Positions 1-20,987 of a stretch of DNA of 64,000 nt are shown here, piece after piece. A program made the translations under genes and the position numbers. Each line of letters begins with the position of its first letter. Positions within the stretch are counted from its first letter, which is position 1. This DNA is from Antedon mediterranea. Lineage: Eukaryota > Animalia > Echinodermata. The DNA lies in contig NC_092675.1 in assembly GCF_964355755.1 (NCBI RefSeq), positions 3,405,812 to 3,469,811 of the forward strand, in the 5' to 3' direction. Below the pieces are notes generated by a model that ran no database searches, was not told the DNA's origin, and saw only the letters and a list, made by a program, of their open reading frames with translations.

Positions 1-2192
1 AGCCAAGTAAAGAAAGAAGACAGCAGTCCAGAAAAACAAAACAAAAAACAGGTAAGACCCAATTCACATGTATATAAATCTTACTGTAAAAAATATATTA
101 AATTTTTAACTCGGTACATATGAAAGCATGTCTGTGTTACATCGATTTAAATCTTTGAACATGAATAATAATTGATAATATTAAGGAAATACTTAAATAT
201 TAACAAGAGTTGTGTATATATATAGTTATAGTGTTTGTTTTTTTAAACAGAAATCAACTCCACAAAAGTTAAAAGGTGGGACTACTATACTAGACTTGAA
301 AGAAGGAGATGGCCCTGTTGCTAAGGCTGGGAAAAGAGTAAGAATAATATAACACAAAACTCAATCAATTACCAACACTCTGATAAGTGATAAGCGAGTG
401 AGTGGTCGAGCGGTTAAGACAGTGGAACCGTAATTACGTAGCCATAACATCGGCAAGGGTTTGAGGCTCACTCGCTCCATGGTTCTGGTGGTAGAACGAT
501 TCTTCTCGGATAAGGACTATAAACCGTAGGTCCAGTGTACATATAGCTCATGCGCACTTAAAAGAACCTAGTACATCTTTCGAGACGAGTAGGGGGTTAC
601 CCCGGTGTACTAGTCCACACAAACACAGCCACTGTCACACACAGCCACTGTACAAATGTACTGTGCAAATTGGGACTGGACCGTTTTAGAGGTGTTTACC
701 ACCTGTTGGTTCAGATCCTTCACTAACTGAGTTAGTGAGAAGTCGAATACAAGATAATCGAGTATAAAAGAAATAAAAGTATATTTTTATTTTTATTCCT
801 AAGTAAAGTGGAAATGATGATAATAGTTCCAATGATCTTGTAAATCAAATTTGTACCCCCCAGTGGTTGAAAGACTTCTGGCCAGTCCACTCTCCTCCTG
901 CCAGCATATGCCTTTTATTGCCATTCCAAAGATATACACATCAATATGGCTTTTGTAAAGGCCAATTTACAATATAGGAGCCGTAACGGTAATAACAACA
1001 ATGTTATTCGTTATGACCATTTACACACAATGTGGAGCGGACGGACGGTTTCCACTCAGAATAGATCATATTCTACGTGGGACGAGCTACGCGGTTGTTT
1101 TCCACTTACGGTTACTGCTCGTCTGTGTAAATTGGCCTTAAGGGAATAACATAACAATTGATAACAATTTTCTTTACCTCAGGTTTTTGTTCATTACCGA
1201 GGAACTCTCGCTTCAAGTCAAAAGCAGTTTGATTCCTGTACATCAGGCTCAGGTTTCCCATTCCGTTTGGGAAAGGGAGAAGTGATCAAAGGATGGGACA
1301 TTGGAGTTGAAGGTAAATATCATAAATAAAAAAGTTTAATAATTGTTTTTGTATTCAACTGTTTATAATATTTTATTTAACAATTCAGCATTTTATGCTG
1401 CAATGTATTTTTTTTATGAATATGCTTATATGATTGAATAAAGATACCGCATATATATAATTAATAAATAAAGTTCTGTAAGTCTTGCTTTTCAAATTCA
1501 AACTAAACAAGAATTAAAAGAATACGCAGATACAGAGAGAGAGGCCCATGCACCCTGCCCTGGTTTGAAAGGTGAAAGAAAGAACAAATGGGGTTTCTGT
1601 GAAATGTTTCCACACCACCCCCTTTCCATACGTCCTGGAACCACCTCAGAAAAATGCAATATATCAGGAATATTGTATAGGTTTATTTTTATTTTGAAGG
1701 GATGAAAGTTGGAGGAAAACGGAAGATTACCATACCACCACATCAGGGGTAAGCAATTATTATAAAATTAAATAAAAAGGCAATTGGGCCAATACTTAAT
1801 TCTTAATTCCATTATTTTTAGTACTATTTATTTTGGAAACTATGCATCTCAATCTTCTCTGACATAAAGCTCTGTCTACACTATCAAACTTTATGTGACA
1901 ACAAAATGTAATGTGCCCATATATGAACATGGTGATGTCATATCACTACCATATTTGGGCATATCACTACCATATTTGGGCACATCACACTTTTTTTGGT
2001 AGGCCTAAATAGATGTAGAGGATAAGAACTCAGTGGTTAATTTTCGAAATTGTCATTCAACATTTGTTTCTTTAAAACATTCTGTTTTTACATATTTTTT
2101 TAATTTTCTGCAGTTATGGAGGTAGAAGAACGGGTCCAATTCCACCAAACAGTACCCTCATCTTTGAAGTAGAACTGAAAAACATCAAATAA
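1..2192 (+). CDS. FK506-binding protein (PPIase), 3' part; probably nucleolar FKBP39/FKBP46-type
   Basis: GT-AG exons <1-51, 251-337, 1183-1312, 1700-1748, 2114-2192 splice in frame to ...[38 protein letters not shown]...QFDS...[36 protein letters not shown]...[17 protein letters not shown]. This is a C-terminal FKBP domain after a Lys-rich segment. The 5' end lies outside the window. Confidence 0.92.
393..780 (+). mobile_element. tRNA-headed SINE, family 1 (Nin/Deu-like central domain)
   Basis: A box TGGTCGAGCGG, B-box-like GGTTTGAGGC, and body TTCTCGGATAAGGACTATAAACCGTAGGTCC...AAAGAACC...GAGTAGGGGG. Repeated elsewhere in the window. Confidence 0.8.
958..1139. mobile_element. MITE family 3 (TIR AAGGCCAATTTACA...)
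   Basis: TIRs aaggccaatttaca / tgtaaattggcctt. Related copies at ~15015-15192 and ~34580-34719. Confidence 0.75.
1867..1999. mobile_element. MITE family 1, 3'-truncated copy
   Basis: Begins with TIR AAGCTCTGTCTACACTATCAAACT and contains the internal ATATCACTACCATATTTGGGC repeats. Confidence 0.8.
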
Positions 2193-3504
2193 TAGAAGAT
2201 TAAAGAGGATTTATCAACCAGATAGATTGATGTTTTATAAGGACTAAACCATCATGTTTCTAAGATTTTTACACTACTCTTGGAGATGGGCCTATTATAG
2301 TGTTAAGAAAAAAATCAACTAAATATATTAATTCCTCCAAATTAATTAAATGGTATTATAATAGCACAACCATTTTTCACTATAATATGCTTCTGATTGA
2401 AGAATGTTGTATTTACGAACGAAATAAAATAAAAGTAAAATTGCTTGACATGAGATATTATTTGTGAGTTTGTGAGAAGTAGGCTTGGTAAACAATGTTT
2501 GGCCTTAATAGGCCTAGTCAATGAGCACCTTGTTCTTTTCTTGAATACACGTATTATGGTGTGACTTTTTTGTATTTAAGATACCGTACTAAATTGTCTC
2601 CCAGTACAGAGAACCCATTACATTGTACGGTAAAATAAAAATATGCAGTACTATTTTAATAAAGCATGAGTTTTTTCTATGCATTCTTCTTTACTCACTG
2701 CGCTTTCATCATGCGCATTTATACGACACGCTGAAATCTACTTTCCCCGAATTTTACGTTACGTTTATAGTCTTCCACCGAAATCTACACCACAGTCTGG
2801 AAAAAGTTTTGGGCTTTTGTAAGGCCGCACCTACGAATTTTCGAATAATTACGCATCCCCGACTCATCCGTATTTTATATTACAAAAGGGGGCGAGGGCT
2901 AGCCCGATAACATCTTTGCCCCCAACGTTACCAAAGAACTTATAACATATAAGCAAAGAACTTATAAGTTCTTTGATATAAGTTCTTTGACGTTACGTAT
3001 TAAAATTGTTTACAAAAAACTTTCGCGTAAAAAGCGTGAAGCGCGCGTAAGACGCGGACGCGCCTCTTTCGGAGAGAAGTGTTTTGGTTGTGACTTCGAT
3101 TACGACGGACTAATTTTTAGGATGTAGCCGGCCTAGTAATTATAGTAACTTGCTGTACAGTAACTCTCTACCACAGTGACATGTAAGCTAAATAGAATAT
3201 TAATTTTTTAAGTTAATTAAGTTTTCAATAAATATTTATTTCATTAATACTGTAACTAATAGTAGCTTGTTTGCGGCCAGTGGCACAGAGATGATGCGGA
3301 CTCAAACGACTAGTGACATGACGTACCGTATAATGTGCAGTTGAAATTGTGAATCATTTTAAATTTCTCACACGTCGTACGCGCGCGTCAACCACTTCCG
3401 TGATATATACTCTGGTTAGTGTACTGTATAAGTAGGCTAAGTGGCCCTAATTATTCTTCTTTGTTTTAAATTTAATTATACCAAACTTAACTACTACTAT
3501 AAAA

Positions 3505-4262
3505 ATGCAAAGACGTGAGAGAAGTTCCGTATCGCTTCCAAGCAACAAAAAAGGAATTATGACTCATGAGTAGGCCTATAGGCCTAGCCTATATAATAGG
3601 CTATACCATAATTATTCTCAAACTGATCATAGGCCTATTATAGTTTTAGTCCTAATACTTATTTTTATTAATTGGCGTAGGTAGTAGTGACTTTCAGTTG
3701 GGAGGTCGGGATGGCGAAGGATAAAAGTAACACACGAGAGAATTCCCGAACAAACGATATATCATGGAATAGTCGAATTGCACGATTTTTTAGCCAACGA
3801 TTTTCACGTCTGAACTCAGAAAGTGACGAAGCAAATGCTGCTAAGAACACCAGCCGCAGCTTAAGTGACAGGAATACTAAAGACAGATTCACTAATGTAT
3901 CTACCGCCAAACGGTCACTGAATTTTAGACAAACGTGTTCACACAATATGAAGAAAGTCGTCATCATCCACGACGGCTATCCATCAAGCCCTGAAAGACA
4001 TTCAAGAAAGGAAAGGTTCCCTCAATCTGCAAACGGTGCTCCTAGAAGGACTCTTAATATACAATCAGTGCCCACCATAATCGAAGAAGAAGAAGAAGAA
4101 GAGTGTCCTGATTCCGTGAAGAGTGGAATCACTCCGACTGAAAAACGAGTTAGAAGGAGTGGATTCCTCCGTAACCATTCACATGGGCAGATATGGGATG
4201 CACGTGTGACTTCTTGTCAACAATGCAAGGACATTCCACGGCAGCAGTCACAACTCGACTAA
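3505..4262 (+). CDS. Uncharacterised basic Ser/Arg-rich protein, ~209 aa, probably two exons
   Basis: The 191-codon ORF 3687-4262 is more GC-rich than its flanks. Upstream exon 3505-3569 (ATG...CAT GA|gtaggc) joins acceptor ctttcag|3698 in frame: MQRRERSSVSLPSNKKGIMTHDWEVGMAKDKS... AATAAA near 4600. No recognisable domain. Confidence 0.6.
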
Positions 4263-6139
4263 CTGTTGTACTGACTCTTTTTATAAAAAGTAATACTGAT
4301 CTTAGTTTCTTTTACTATTTATGATAGAAACTATCATCATATTACAACAAACTTAATTCAATCTACATTGTAATGTTTTATTTGCGATTGTTTATTATGG
4401 CATAATGTGGAGCTGCGCGGTTGGTTGTTACCACCACCGCGGCGTCATCACTGGACAACTGTGCTTGCTTAGAGAAACAGGTTGTTATAATATATAATGT
4501 GAGCAGTTTCTCCTCTTCATTAAAGATGTATTGTCCCCCCAAAACATGAAAAATGAAGATTAATTAAATCAGACTTTGAATATGTTATTTTGTAGTTTTA
4601 ATAAAGAATCACTTCTATAGAAAAAAAAACAAAACAAAATGTTTTCACTTATAAAATGACAAAATAAATGGTTAAATTCAACCAAAAATCCATTGGCTGG
4701 CAGCCAATTTGACCATTTTTTGCTTAAATTACATTTTTTTCAGGTAAATACATTTTTTTTCGATCCAATTTTTGGTCTAAGTTGATAACTATTATGTTAA
4801 TATTCAACAAAAAATGTTAAGAATTATTCATTCAGGGGGACAATACATCAATAAATTACAAAAACAACTGTGTGTTTATATCAAGGTACTACTACTACAA
4901 ATTAATGCGTCACACATCTCGATTAGAAACGATTATAAAGTTTCGTGTAGTTTGTTTGTTTGTTTATTTTAAAATGAAATCGGAACTTAAAATACGGTAT
5001 TTATTATAGATAATATATATATATATTTAAGTGATTATTATTTATAATTAAATTATTGTATGCAAAGCTAGTGTTATGATTTTAATGATTGGAAATTACA
5101 GGCCACGCCTAAAGTTTTTTAGTTTCCTGATATAAATTATTTATTGGCAACTCAATCCACATCGTTATAAATATAATCTATATATTCACAGTAGTTTAAT
5201 CATAATTATATTAATAAAATATTATAACATGTGATTTCAAGGTTTATTGATTGATGACAATAAATTTAAAGTAATTTTCAATTTTTGAGAGCCGGTGTTT
5301 TTTAGCCAGTAAATAGAACAAATTTATAACGGCCGCGAACAATTTTATTTTGGCATATGCGTGCTCAATTATTATACTTAGAAACTAAAAATTCGTGGCA
5401 ATATCTACGTCACGTACGTACATATGATACGCCGATTATAGTCTTTTGAAGAGTTTATTGTCTTTCTTTCTTGTTTGTTCTTTTTCAAATACATAAAATC
5501 AAAACTAAAGACAAAAGACCAAAAAAAAAAGCTTTCGCTTATCGAGTTTTGGCCTTTAAAATAAATAAAACTTAAACTAGAACGTATATCATTTCTGAGA
5601 AAGAAAAATCTGAAGAAAATTAATTACATAAATGAAAATGAATAACTCACTGGCATTATCAATATGAATATGAAATAAGTAATAGAAGAATATTATACAC
5701 ATTTTTTGTTTGTTTTTTAAATAGAAAAAAACTAGAAAAAAAACTAAGTATCATAGGCCTATAAGGTTATTAAATGTTCTTTGACTTTGATGGCAAATTA
5801 TGTTCTAAATGAAATTGACTTAATATTAAACTGGGAGTTTATTCCAGAGTTTGGGACCTTGGTATGTTATATTGGTTTTAGATAGAGTCGTACGGCAAAA
5901 GGGGATCGAGAGATTAAACGGGTCATTAAATCGGGTGTTAAATGGATGGTTTACATAGTTAAAGTATAGTATAGGCCTAATATGATGAGTTATGTGACGA
6001 CAGGCGACATTTGGCATACAGAAGGCCTATGTATCGGCGATATAAAGTCTGCTTCTGAAAGCCAAGACGAATGTTTAAACATACCCACTAATAAGATTAC
6101 ATATTTAGTGACAGGTCACCTAAGATGAGGTGTTTAGTT

Positions 6140-6298
6140 AAGCGTGGCTTCCACTAGTGACGCAACGTACGGTACGCAACCTAACACACCCGACAATAGT
6201 GATGCAAACATCGCAGGTTTGATTTCACGCAGGCGGGGGCAAACACAATTATTGGAAGGGCATTTTCTTACGTTGCGTATCTAGTGTGAACCAAGCTT
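6140..6298. mobile_element. MITE family 2, divergent copy
   Basis: TIRs aagcgtggcttccactag / ctagtgtgaaccaagctt match the copies at 48908 and 50673. Confidence 0.7.
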
Positions 6299-6645
6299 AA
6301 CTTATGGCCATGTCACAGCCTATGCCGTCGACGTATATGCGGAATATACGCCACGCTGGCATGCGCGCTATAAATAGCCTACGTACGTTACGTACATGAG
6401 CAACGTATGTGTCTTAAACATATTTCCACTTATATTATACTTGACTGTATTGTTGTTTTATTCGTCACAAAACATGATTGTCAGCCACCATAATAATTTT
6501 AAAATGCTATTCATCAGCGAAAAACAATAAACACTTCATTACCAATTCATTTTTAAATATTTATTATGAATCAGCTTTAACATATAAAGCATTGACGATT
6601 TGAAACCAATATTAGTAAAATTTAATTTACGTCCTCTGTATAAAT

Positions 6646-9600
6646 CTAAAGTTTTAATTTCTTGGCAGACACCATGGACGAATCACGTTTCGTTGACCGT
6701 TTCTTTGGCCCATGTATCTCAGTTTGAACCTCTTCCTGAAGTCTTGTGAAGAATGTCTTTGAAGAGGTCAATGAACTCTTGTTACCAGATTTATCCTAAA
6801 AAATATAAATGTATTTATGAAATTTAATAAAAAGTTCCCACTTGTCATTACGCAATACAGCACTTTGCGTCAATACGTCGTTGCGTTCTAGTGGGAACCA
6901 CGCTTAAACTAAAAATGATTTTAAATTCAAATACCTTTACAATCTTTGTTGTTTTTGAAAATCCTTTAGCCTTTTTCTGAAGCTCTTCCATCGATGCTTT
7001 CTGAGACAACTGATCCACCTTCCCTGCGTTGATCTTCTCCTGTAGCCTCTTCTGTTTAGAGAGTGCCTTGATGTGTTGCCGCAACTTTTTCTTTCGTCTG
7101 GATCGCTTCTTATCAGTTTCTGACATTTCTTCTTTAGATTTTATTTCACCACTTCCAACTTTCATCTTAAAAAAAACCCCATAAAACTTTATAGTCGATG
7201 GAAAATATGGGTGTATGCTTAGTGGAAACAAGTGCGTATGCTTAGTGGAAACAAGGGCGTATGCTTAGTGGAAACAAGGGGCAGATGCTTAGTGGAAAAC
7301 AGGGGCGTATGCTTAGTGGAAAACAGGGGCGTATGCTTAGTGCAAAACAAGGGGCGTATGTTTAGTGGAAACAAGGGGCGTATGTTTAATGGAAACAAGG
7401 GCATATTCTTAGTGGAAACAAGTGCGTATGCTTAGTGGAAACAAGGGCGTATGCTTAGTGGAAACAAGGGGCGTATGCTTAGTGGCAACAAGGGCGTATG
7501 TTTAGTGGAAAACATGGATGTATACTTTGTGGAAACAAGGGGCGTATGCTTAGTGGAAACAAGGGGCGTATTCTTATTGGAGACAAGGGGCGTATGCTTA
7601 GTGGAAACAAGGGGCGTATGCTTAGTGGAAACAAGGGCGTATGCTTAGTGGAAACAAGGGGCGTATGTTTAGTGGAAACAAGGGGCGTATGCTTAGTGGA
7701 AACAAGGGCGTATGCTTAGTGGAAACAAGGGCATATGCTTATTGGAATAACCTGTGCATAGTGGAAAACACAAGTGGAAAAGGGGCTTAAATGCTTAGTT
7801 GAAAACAGACATAAAATAGGGGCTAAAGACAAAAGACAACGGCAAACCTTCAGTTCTTCTGGAGCTAACAGATCAGAATCATTAACCGTTACTGGAGCAA
7901 CATCCTCAAGAGATATAGAAGGTATATTATGAACAATCTTAATCTCAGGTAATGGCTGAAAAATAAATACAAAAGAACAACAAATAAATATAAAATGTAT
8001 TAAGTGTTAAGTCGATTAAATGAGGTAAATATATTAGCTGAATATTTTGCATAATAGTACATCAATTAATACATAAACCAACCAGTGGTGTCTAGATAAA
8101 CTTAAAAGTTTGAGAGAGTTGATATCAAAAGTAAAAATTCTTCCAAACACACCACATACAAAATGCCAGCGTGACGCCTCAGTGCCAGGCAATGTGAAGG
8201 GGATATTATAGGCTATTGTTAAGGTCCATTTACAATAGGATGATCATACTAGTGTTAATGGGACTTTAGTGTATTCAGGTAAACTAGCCATGAAATGAAA
8301 ATGACTTACTGGTTTTGGGATATAGTGAAAGTTTGAAAGTGCATCTAATTTCACAAACAAAGACTGCATCATCTTACGAATCTCAACGTGTTCTTTATTT
8401 TCTTCTTCCTTCTTTTCCTGATAAAATAACATTATCAAAATTGTTATTGAAGGTCATTTCTCTGAAGTAATTCAATTGGTAGGGTTTTTAGCCAAACGCA
8501 GTGATAACAACCAGAGCTAAAGCGGACTAGAACATTAGGTTTTTGCACACAAGTCAGATGTGTTTATTGGTCAGATATTTTGACTGTGATTTGAGTTTAA
8601 AGTTGTCCCCATAATGGTCTCCCCATAATAGAGGTTACACTGTATACATTTACTATTTATTCTTTACCCGAGTTTGTTTTAAATATTCCTCTTCGTATAT
8701 AGCACTTAGACTACTTTTACTTTTCTCCTGGTCAAGTGTTACTCGTTTCTTAAACTCATACGCTTCTTCTTTTGGTTTTACTTTCCTCTCCACATCATCC
8801 CATGCCTTGTCCTTTATTCGTTGGGTTATCAGTTCTTCTAAAGTTTGTGTAGTTTCCTCGGTAATAATGGGAGCTGTAGAGTAAGGATTTTACTTTATTC
8901 ACGATCATAACTATGTGTAAAACCAGACTTGCATTCTGCAAGATAGATATTCCGGGCTGACCCAATGCTGCCTGGTTTTGCAAGAGTTGACTTTAATAGT
9001 TTTAAGCACCGTGTTTTATTGTTAAGTGACTACCCACTGTGCTGGATGTATGCAATAAACTGATCTTCCTTCACAAGGTCATACACTGCTATTAACTTCA
9101 CTATAACAGTGCACATCACCATCCAATAGCTAATTATCTATAATTAATTAATATATTTCATAAGCAAACAGTAATATCCACAAATAAAAACATCTTTATA
9201 GTTCACTCTCTACCCCATATGCTCCGATTTCTAGCGCCTTCAACCTCTCATTCTAGTAACCAAATAAACTCTCTAAATGCTTGTCCCTAGTAGTCCAAAC
9301 CTGGTATGCACTAAGATGTACCAAAACTATTGAACTAAAATAAAGTTACAGGCACAAGTTACAAGTAAATTCATAGTACCTGGATTAGTGGTGACGTCAA
9401 ATTGAATATCTTCTGCCAACAAACTGTTCTCAGGTCGTTTTAACGCCGTCGTTTCTCCCGACATTTGCCATGGTTTTTCTGAAAGATTCGCCTTTTCTAC
9501 CTCTGCAATTTTCTGTCTCAGCTAAAAAAAAAATCAGACAATTTTTTTTTTAGAATGCAAGGTAAGTTTTTAAACACATCAGTCATCCTTAAACACCGAT

Positions 9601-12141
9601 ATCAGCTTTCTTCTGTGACCACTTTTATTAATATAATTGAATAAAAGGAAAAACTCTTTCATCAATCAATATACTGGGCCCATTGCAGCAGTGATGCGCT
9701 TGTAAAAGAAGATAATTGTAACTTATTAGGTGAGGCAAAATACATGGTACACAAACTAATTTTACGAGATTTTTGGGAGTTTGCAAAGCTTTGGTGAAAG
9801 TTTAATGAATGTGAAAACCATACCAACCTTCTGTTGTCTTCTTTCGTGGCCAGATAGGCCTTTGTCTTCCTTACTACTACCCAGAATATCTTTGATATCT
9901 TCTCCATCACTATCATCATCCTCATCATCATTTTTCACAGTTTTTTTCCTGTTTTGCTTAAAATATATTTCACTATAGGAAAAAACATTCAGATTATATA
10001 AAAAAGTGCCCACTTTAAAGACAATTATACATTTTTTTGCATTTATAGTTTTTTTTTACTACGAAATAGGTTTTTTTATAACATAATAATATTGAGAGTT
10101 TATTTTACACACACAAAAATAAACCATGTTCTTGTCTGTTTATTGAAGGTTTAAAGCTCTGCCTACACTATCAAACTAGTTTGACAAAAAAAAGTGTGAT
10201 GTACCCAAATATGGTAGTTATAATGCTTCATCATGTCCATATAAGGGCACATCACATATTTTTTTGGCACATAAAGTTTGATAGTGTAGAAAATGCTTTA
10301 GTGTTAAAACATATACTTTCTCTTTGTTTTCTGAAAGTGTCCTGAATATGGGTGTCCAAAAGGGGGGTCTACTTTATTGTAAATTAGAATGCGACAATTA
10401 TTTGCAATATTGATATATTTCATACGTTTCATCTTCATCTTCTAGATTTGTTCCCCAGTTTTCTTCTTCTTCTTCCTCCTCCTCCAATTCATCTTCCTCA
10501 TCCTCTTCACCCTCCTTCTCATCTTCATCACCATTTTCATCATCTTTGAAATAATCTTTATAATGAAGTTCTCGTGCACTTTGTATATTTGGTTCCTGTA
10601 ATGAAATAAAAAGCCATTTTAAAGACATACACTATATAAAACATTTTTCTTTACTATTTTTATTTATTATTTTAAGCTCAAATCAATATTAATTAAATTA
10701 TTGTTTATGATAGATTAACAAATACAGGATACGTACTAGAACAACTAATATTTAAATTTTCAAATTGGAAACTGTGGGAACAAAGTTGAGTTGACCGTTT
10801 AAATACTCACATTATCAAGGTCTAGGCTTCCTTCCTCATCCTCATCATCCGATGGAATATCTTCCCAATAATCTACATCTTCTGAGTCGTCTTCTTCATC
10901 ATCTTCAATCTTATGTTTCCTTGCTTCTTTAGCATCCTCTATTTCCAGAAATTTCTCCATCTGCGATAACTTAAAGAACTGATCATCAACTATTGAAGGA
11001 GTCACTTTTATTTTCATTTGTTGTTTAAGATTTTTCTTCTTACTCTTTCTCGTGCTTGTTGATGCTTCTACAATATCAAAATCAAGCTCATCTTCATCAT
11101 CATGTTCAACTTCTTGTAGCTCTTTTAATTTATTATCAAGTAGTTCTTCCTCACTATCAATAAACTCTTCGTCTTCTTCATTAATACTTTCCAACTCTTC
11201 CTCATCCTCTCCAGTAATATCTCCACCTTCAGAAACGTCCTCATCCTCTCCAGTAATATGTTCATCTTCAGAAACGTCATCATTAAATGTGTTCTTTGAT
11301 GCATGACCAACCAATTTTAACCGTTTTCCGGCAGCTAACACTTTTGCAACTCGCTTCAAATGAACCTGAAGGGCTGGTGTATTATGCAATTCAATTTGCT
11401 GCCAAATTTGTTCATCATCAAAGTTCTCTATTGTCAGTTCCTTTAATGGTCCAGTTTGAATGTCCTCCGGTTCATTTTGTTTACACAGTTCAAATAATTG
11501 TTTTGTCAGATTTGTAAAAATTGAATGATTCTTTTCATGATATCTGTAAAAAATAATCAGTCGCACCCCAATTATAAGTTAAAAACACTAGGCTTACTAC
11601 TCTACTTATATCCTGGGCTTTATTAATAATAAATATTGTACGTCCGTTAAATCTTTTTTAGGACTGTAGGGTGGGCTTCTTTTCAAGAAGATGGGGTACT
11701 TTTTTTTAAGATTACTTTTGCTAACTCTAAAGAGGGTGGCTTCTTTTTAAAGTGACTGCTATATATTAATGAGTGTAAATTTTTTTTGACATCTACTGCA
11801 AATTATAGGCCTACATTAGCTTTCAAGGTAATTCAAGGTAATTTAATGAAGCACGGTTACACGGTGAAATAATTAGACCCAACGTATCTTTCACTTGGTT
11901 AATATATTATTAAGGGACGGGCCCAAACGACCAAACATCCAGTCACCATACAATATTTTGGCATTTGCTGGTGGTTGCGATACTCTACTGGATAGGCCTA
12001 CAATTTAAGACGCTACTATTTAGCTAGCATAACAAATAATACCATAAATTATATTTTCACATACGCTACAAACTGTTCTGGTTTTGACGTTGCAGCATTA
12101 AATACGTTAGCAATACTTTGAAGTTCATTATTTAAAGCCAT
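6646..12141 (-). CDS. MPHOSPH10: U3 snoRNP protein Mpp10
   Basis: Exons 12141-12065, 11543-10811, 10595-10426, 9972-9828, 9521-9380, 8873-8668, 8417-8310, 7955-7848, 7165-6935, 6795-6646. Motifs [36 protein letters not shown]...[16 protein letters not shown]...[32 protein letters not shown] and C-terminal KLKL*. Confidence 0.96.
7212..7750. repeat. Intronic minisatellite, 23-25 bp unit (ATGCTTAGTGGAAACAAGGG(G)CGT), ~22 copies
   Basis: Directly visible tandem array in the MPHOSPH10 intron 7166-7847. Confidence 0.95.
10153..10299. mobile_element. MITE family 1 copy (reverse orientation)
   Basis: aagctctgcctacactatcaaact...agtttgatagtgtagaaaatgctt. Confidence 0.8.
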
Positions 12142-12386
12142 TCTGTGTTTTTTTCTGACAACGTTCTCATACTCTCTGGAAACACATGTGTTTTGTGTGT
12201 GTTGAAAAAACATGTTCCCCGCCCTCTATAGTTTAAGCAATCGTGATGACGTTTTACAGGCTGCTGCATAAATCCATGACGTGTTCACGTGGGGCCGAAT
12301 TACCGAAAGAAAATTCTCTTTCGCAACGAGTCCTCCGTGGACTATAAGGTATATTTTTGTGTTCGTGAAAATATCCAAAACCAATC
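12142..12386. promoter_or_regulatory. Bidirectional MPHOSPH10/EEF2 promoter with E-box and TCT/5'TOP initiator
   Basis: Start codons are ~245 bp apart. CACGTG at 12286-12291, TGACGT at ~12247 and ~12277, and pyrimidine tract TTCTCTTTC at 12314-12322 upstream of the EEF2 ATG. Confidence 0.7.
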
Positions 12387-20006
<7,620 letters not shown>

Positions 20007-20754
20007 ATCAACTCGTTTGGAAAAGATACGTGCTTTCCGTTAAAAAAAAGTATACTTAATATAACCAGTGTTGGTTTATAATACAATAAGTTATTTTAAT
20101 ATTTACTGATTTTGAGAAAAAGACAATCGTACTTGTGTTGTCTGTCTGAACGGATGCTTTTATGTTCTAAAAAAAAACTCACAATGAAATATCAAAATTC
20201 AAAATAGATTAAGTTAAAGCATTATGCACTTAAGTGAAAAAAAAGAAAGTGTTCTATTCTATAAAAAAAAGGAATAAAATAACCATAATATTAATAAAGG
20301 TCAGGTACAAAGAATTATGTCTCTTGGTTTGTTTATTTTTATTATAATAAAATACATAAAGTCTGGTTGATATTGTATTTATCAAAATCACTATCGTCTA
20401 TCTTGGGGACTTTATCTTGATGTAATTTGTATAAGCCATAAAAATGCAATATTACAGTACATGTATGAATGGATAGAATATTGTCATGATTTGTAAGTTT
20501 GATTTAATAAGCAACAAATGAAATTATTCTATCTATTTCATGAATGCATTATTGGCAGTGATGACAATTTATTTCAATCTTTTGTTTACAAAAGTTGTGA
20601 AATCTAGATATGCTTTCACAGTTCTTCTATGAATGCAGATGACTAGTTTGGAGAGAAGAGTGTTTGGTTTAATGTTCTCCTAAAAACTACGCCCAATGCT
20701 ATTCAAGACGACTCGCTGATAATTCTTTTTTTTAAATTCAAGTTCTCACGAACT

Positions 20755-20987
20755 CTGTTAATGAAGGATCGGGACCAACAGGTGGTGTGTTTGTGTGGAC
20801 TAGTACCCCTACTCGAGAAAAATGTACTAGTGCACATGAGCTATGTGTACACTGAACCTATCGTTTATAGTCCTTATCCGAGAAGACTCGTTTTACCACC
20901 AGAACCATGGAGCGATTGTACCATTGCCCATGTTATGGCTACGTAATTACGGTTCCACTGTCTTAACCTCTCGACCACTCGCTCGCT
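20755..20987 (-). mobile_element. SINE family 1 copy with internal deletions
   Basis: gtttatagtccttatccgagaag...ttatggctacgtaattacggttccactgtcttaacc...cactcgctcgctc is the reverse complement of the 393 copy. Confidence 0.8.

Noticed and set aside
393-478. tRNA-like A/B boxes (also 35090-35174 and 32909-32950)
   Set aside because: No complete cloverleaf, and they continue into a repeated body and tail; these are SINE heads, not tRNA genes.
808-890. Possible C/D snoRNA in an FKBP intron (ATGATGA with gtgga/tccac stem)
   Set aside because: No CTGA D box next to the 3' stem and no recognisable rRNA antisense element.
7219-7719. ORFs with CLVETRG / MLSGNKGR repeats
   Set aside because: Translations of the intronic minisatellite.
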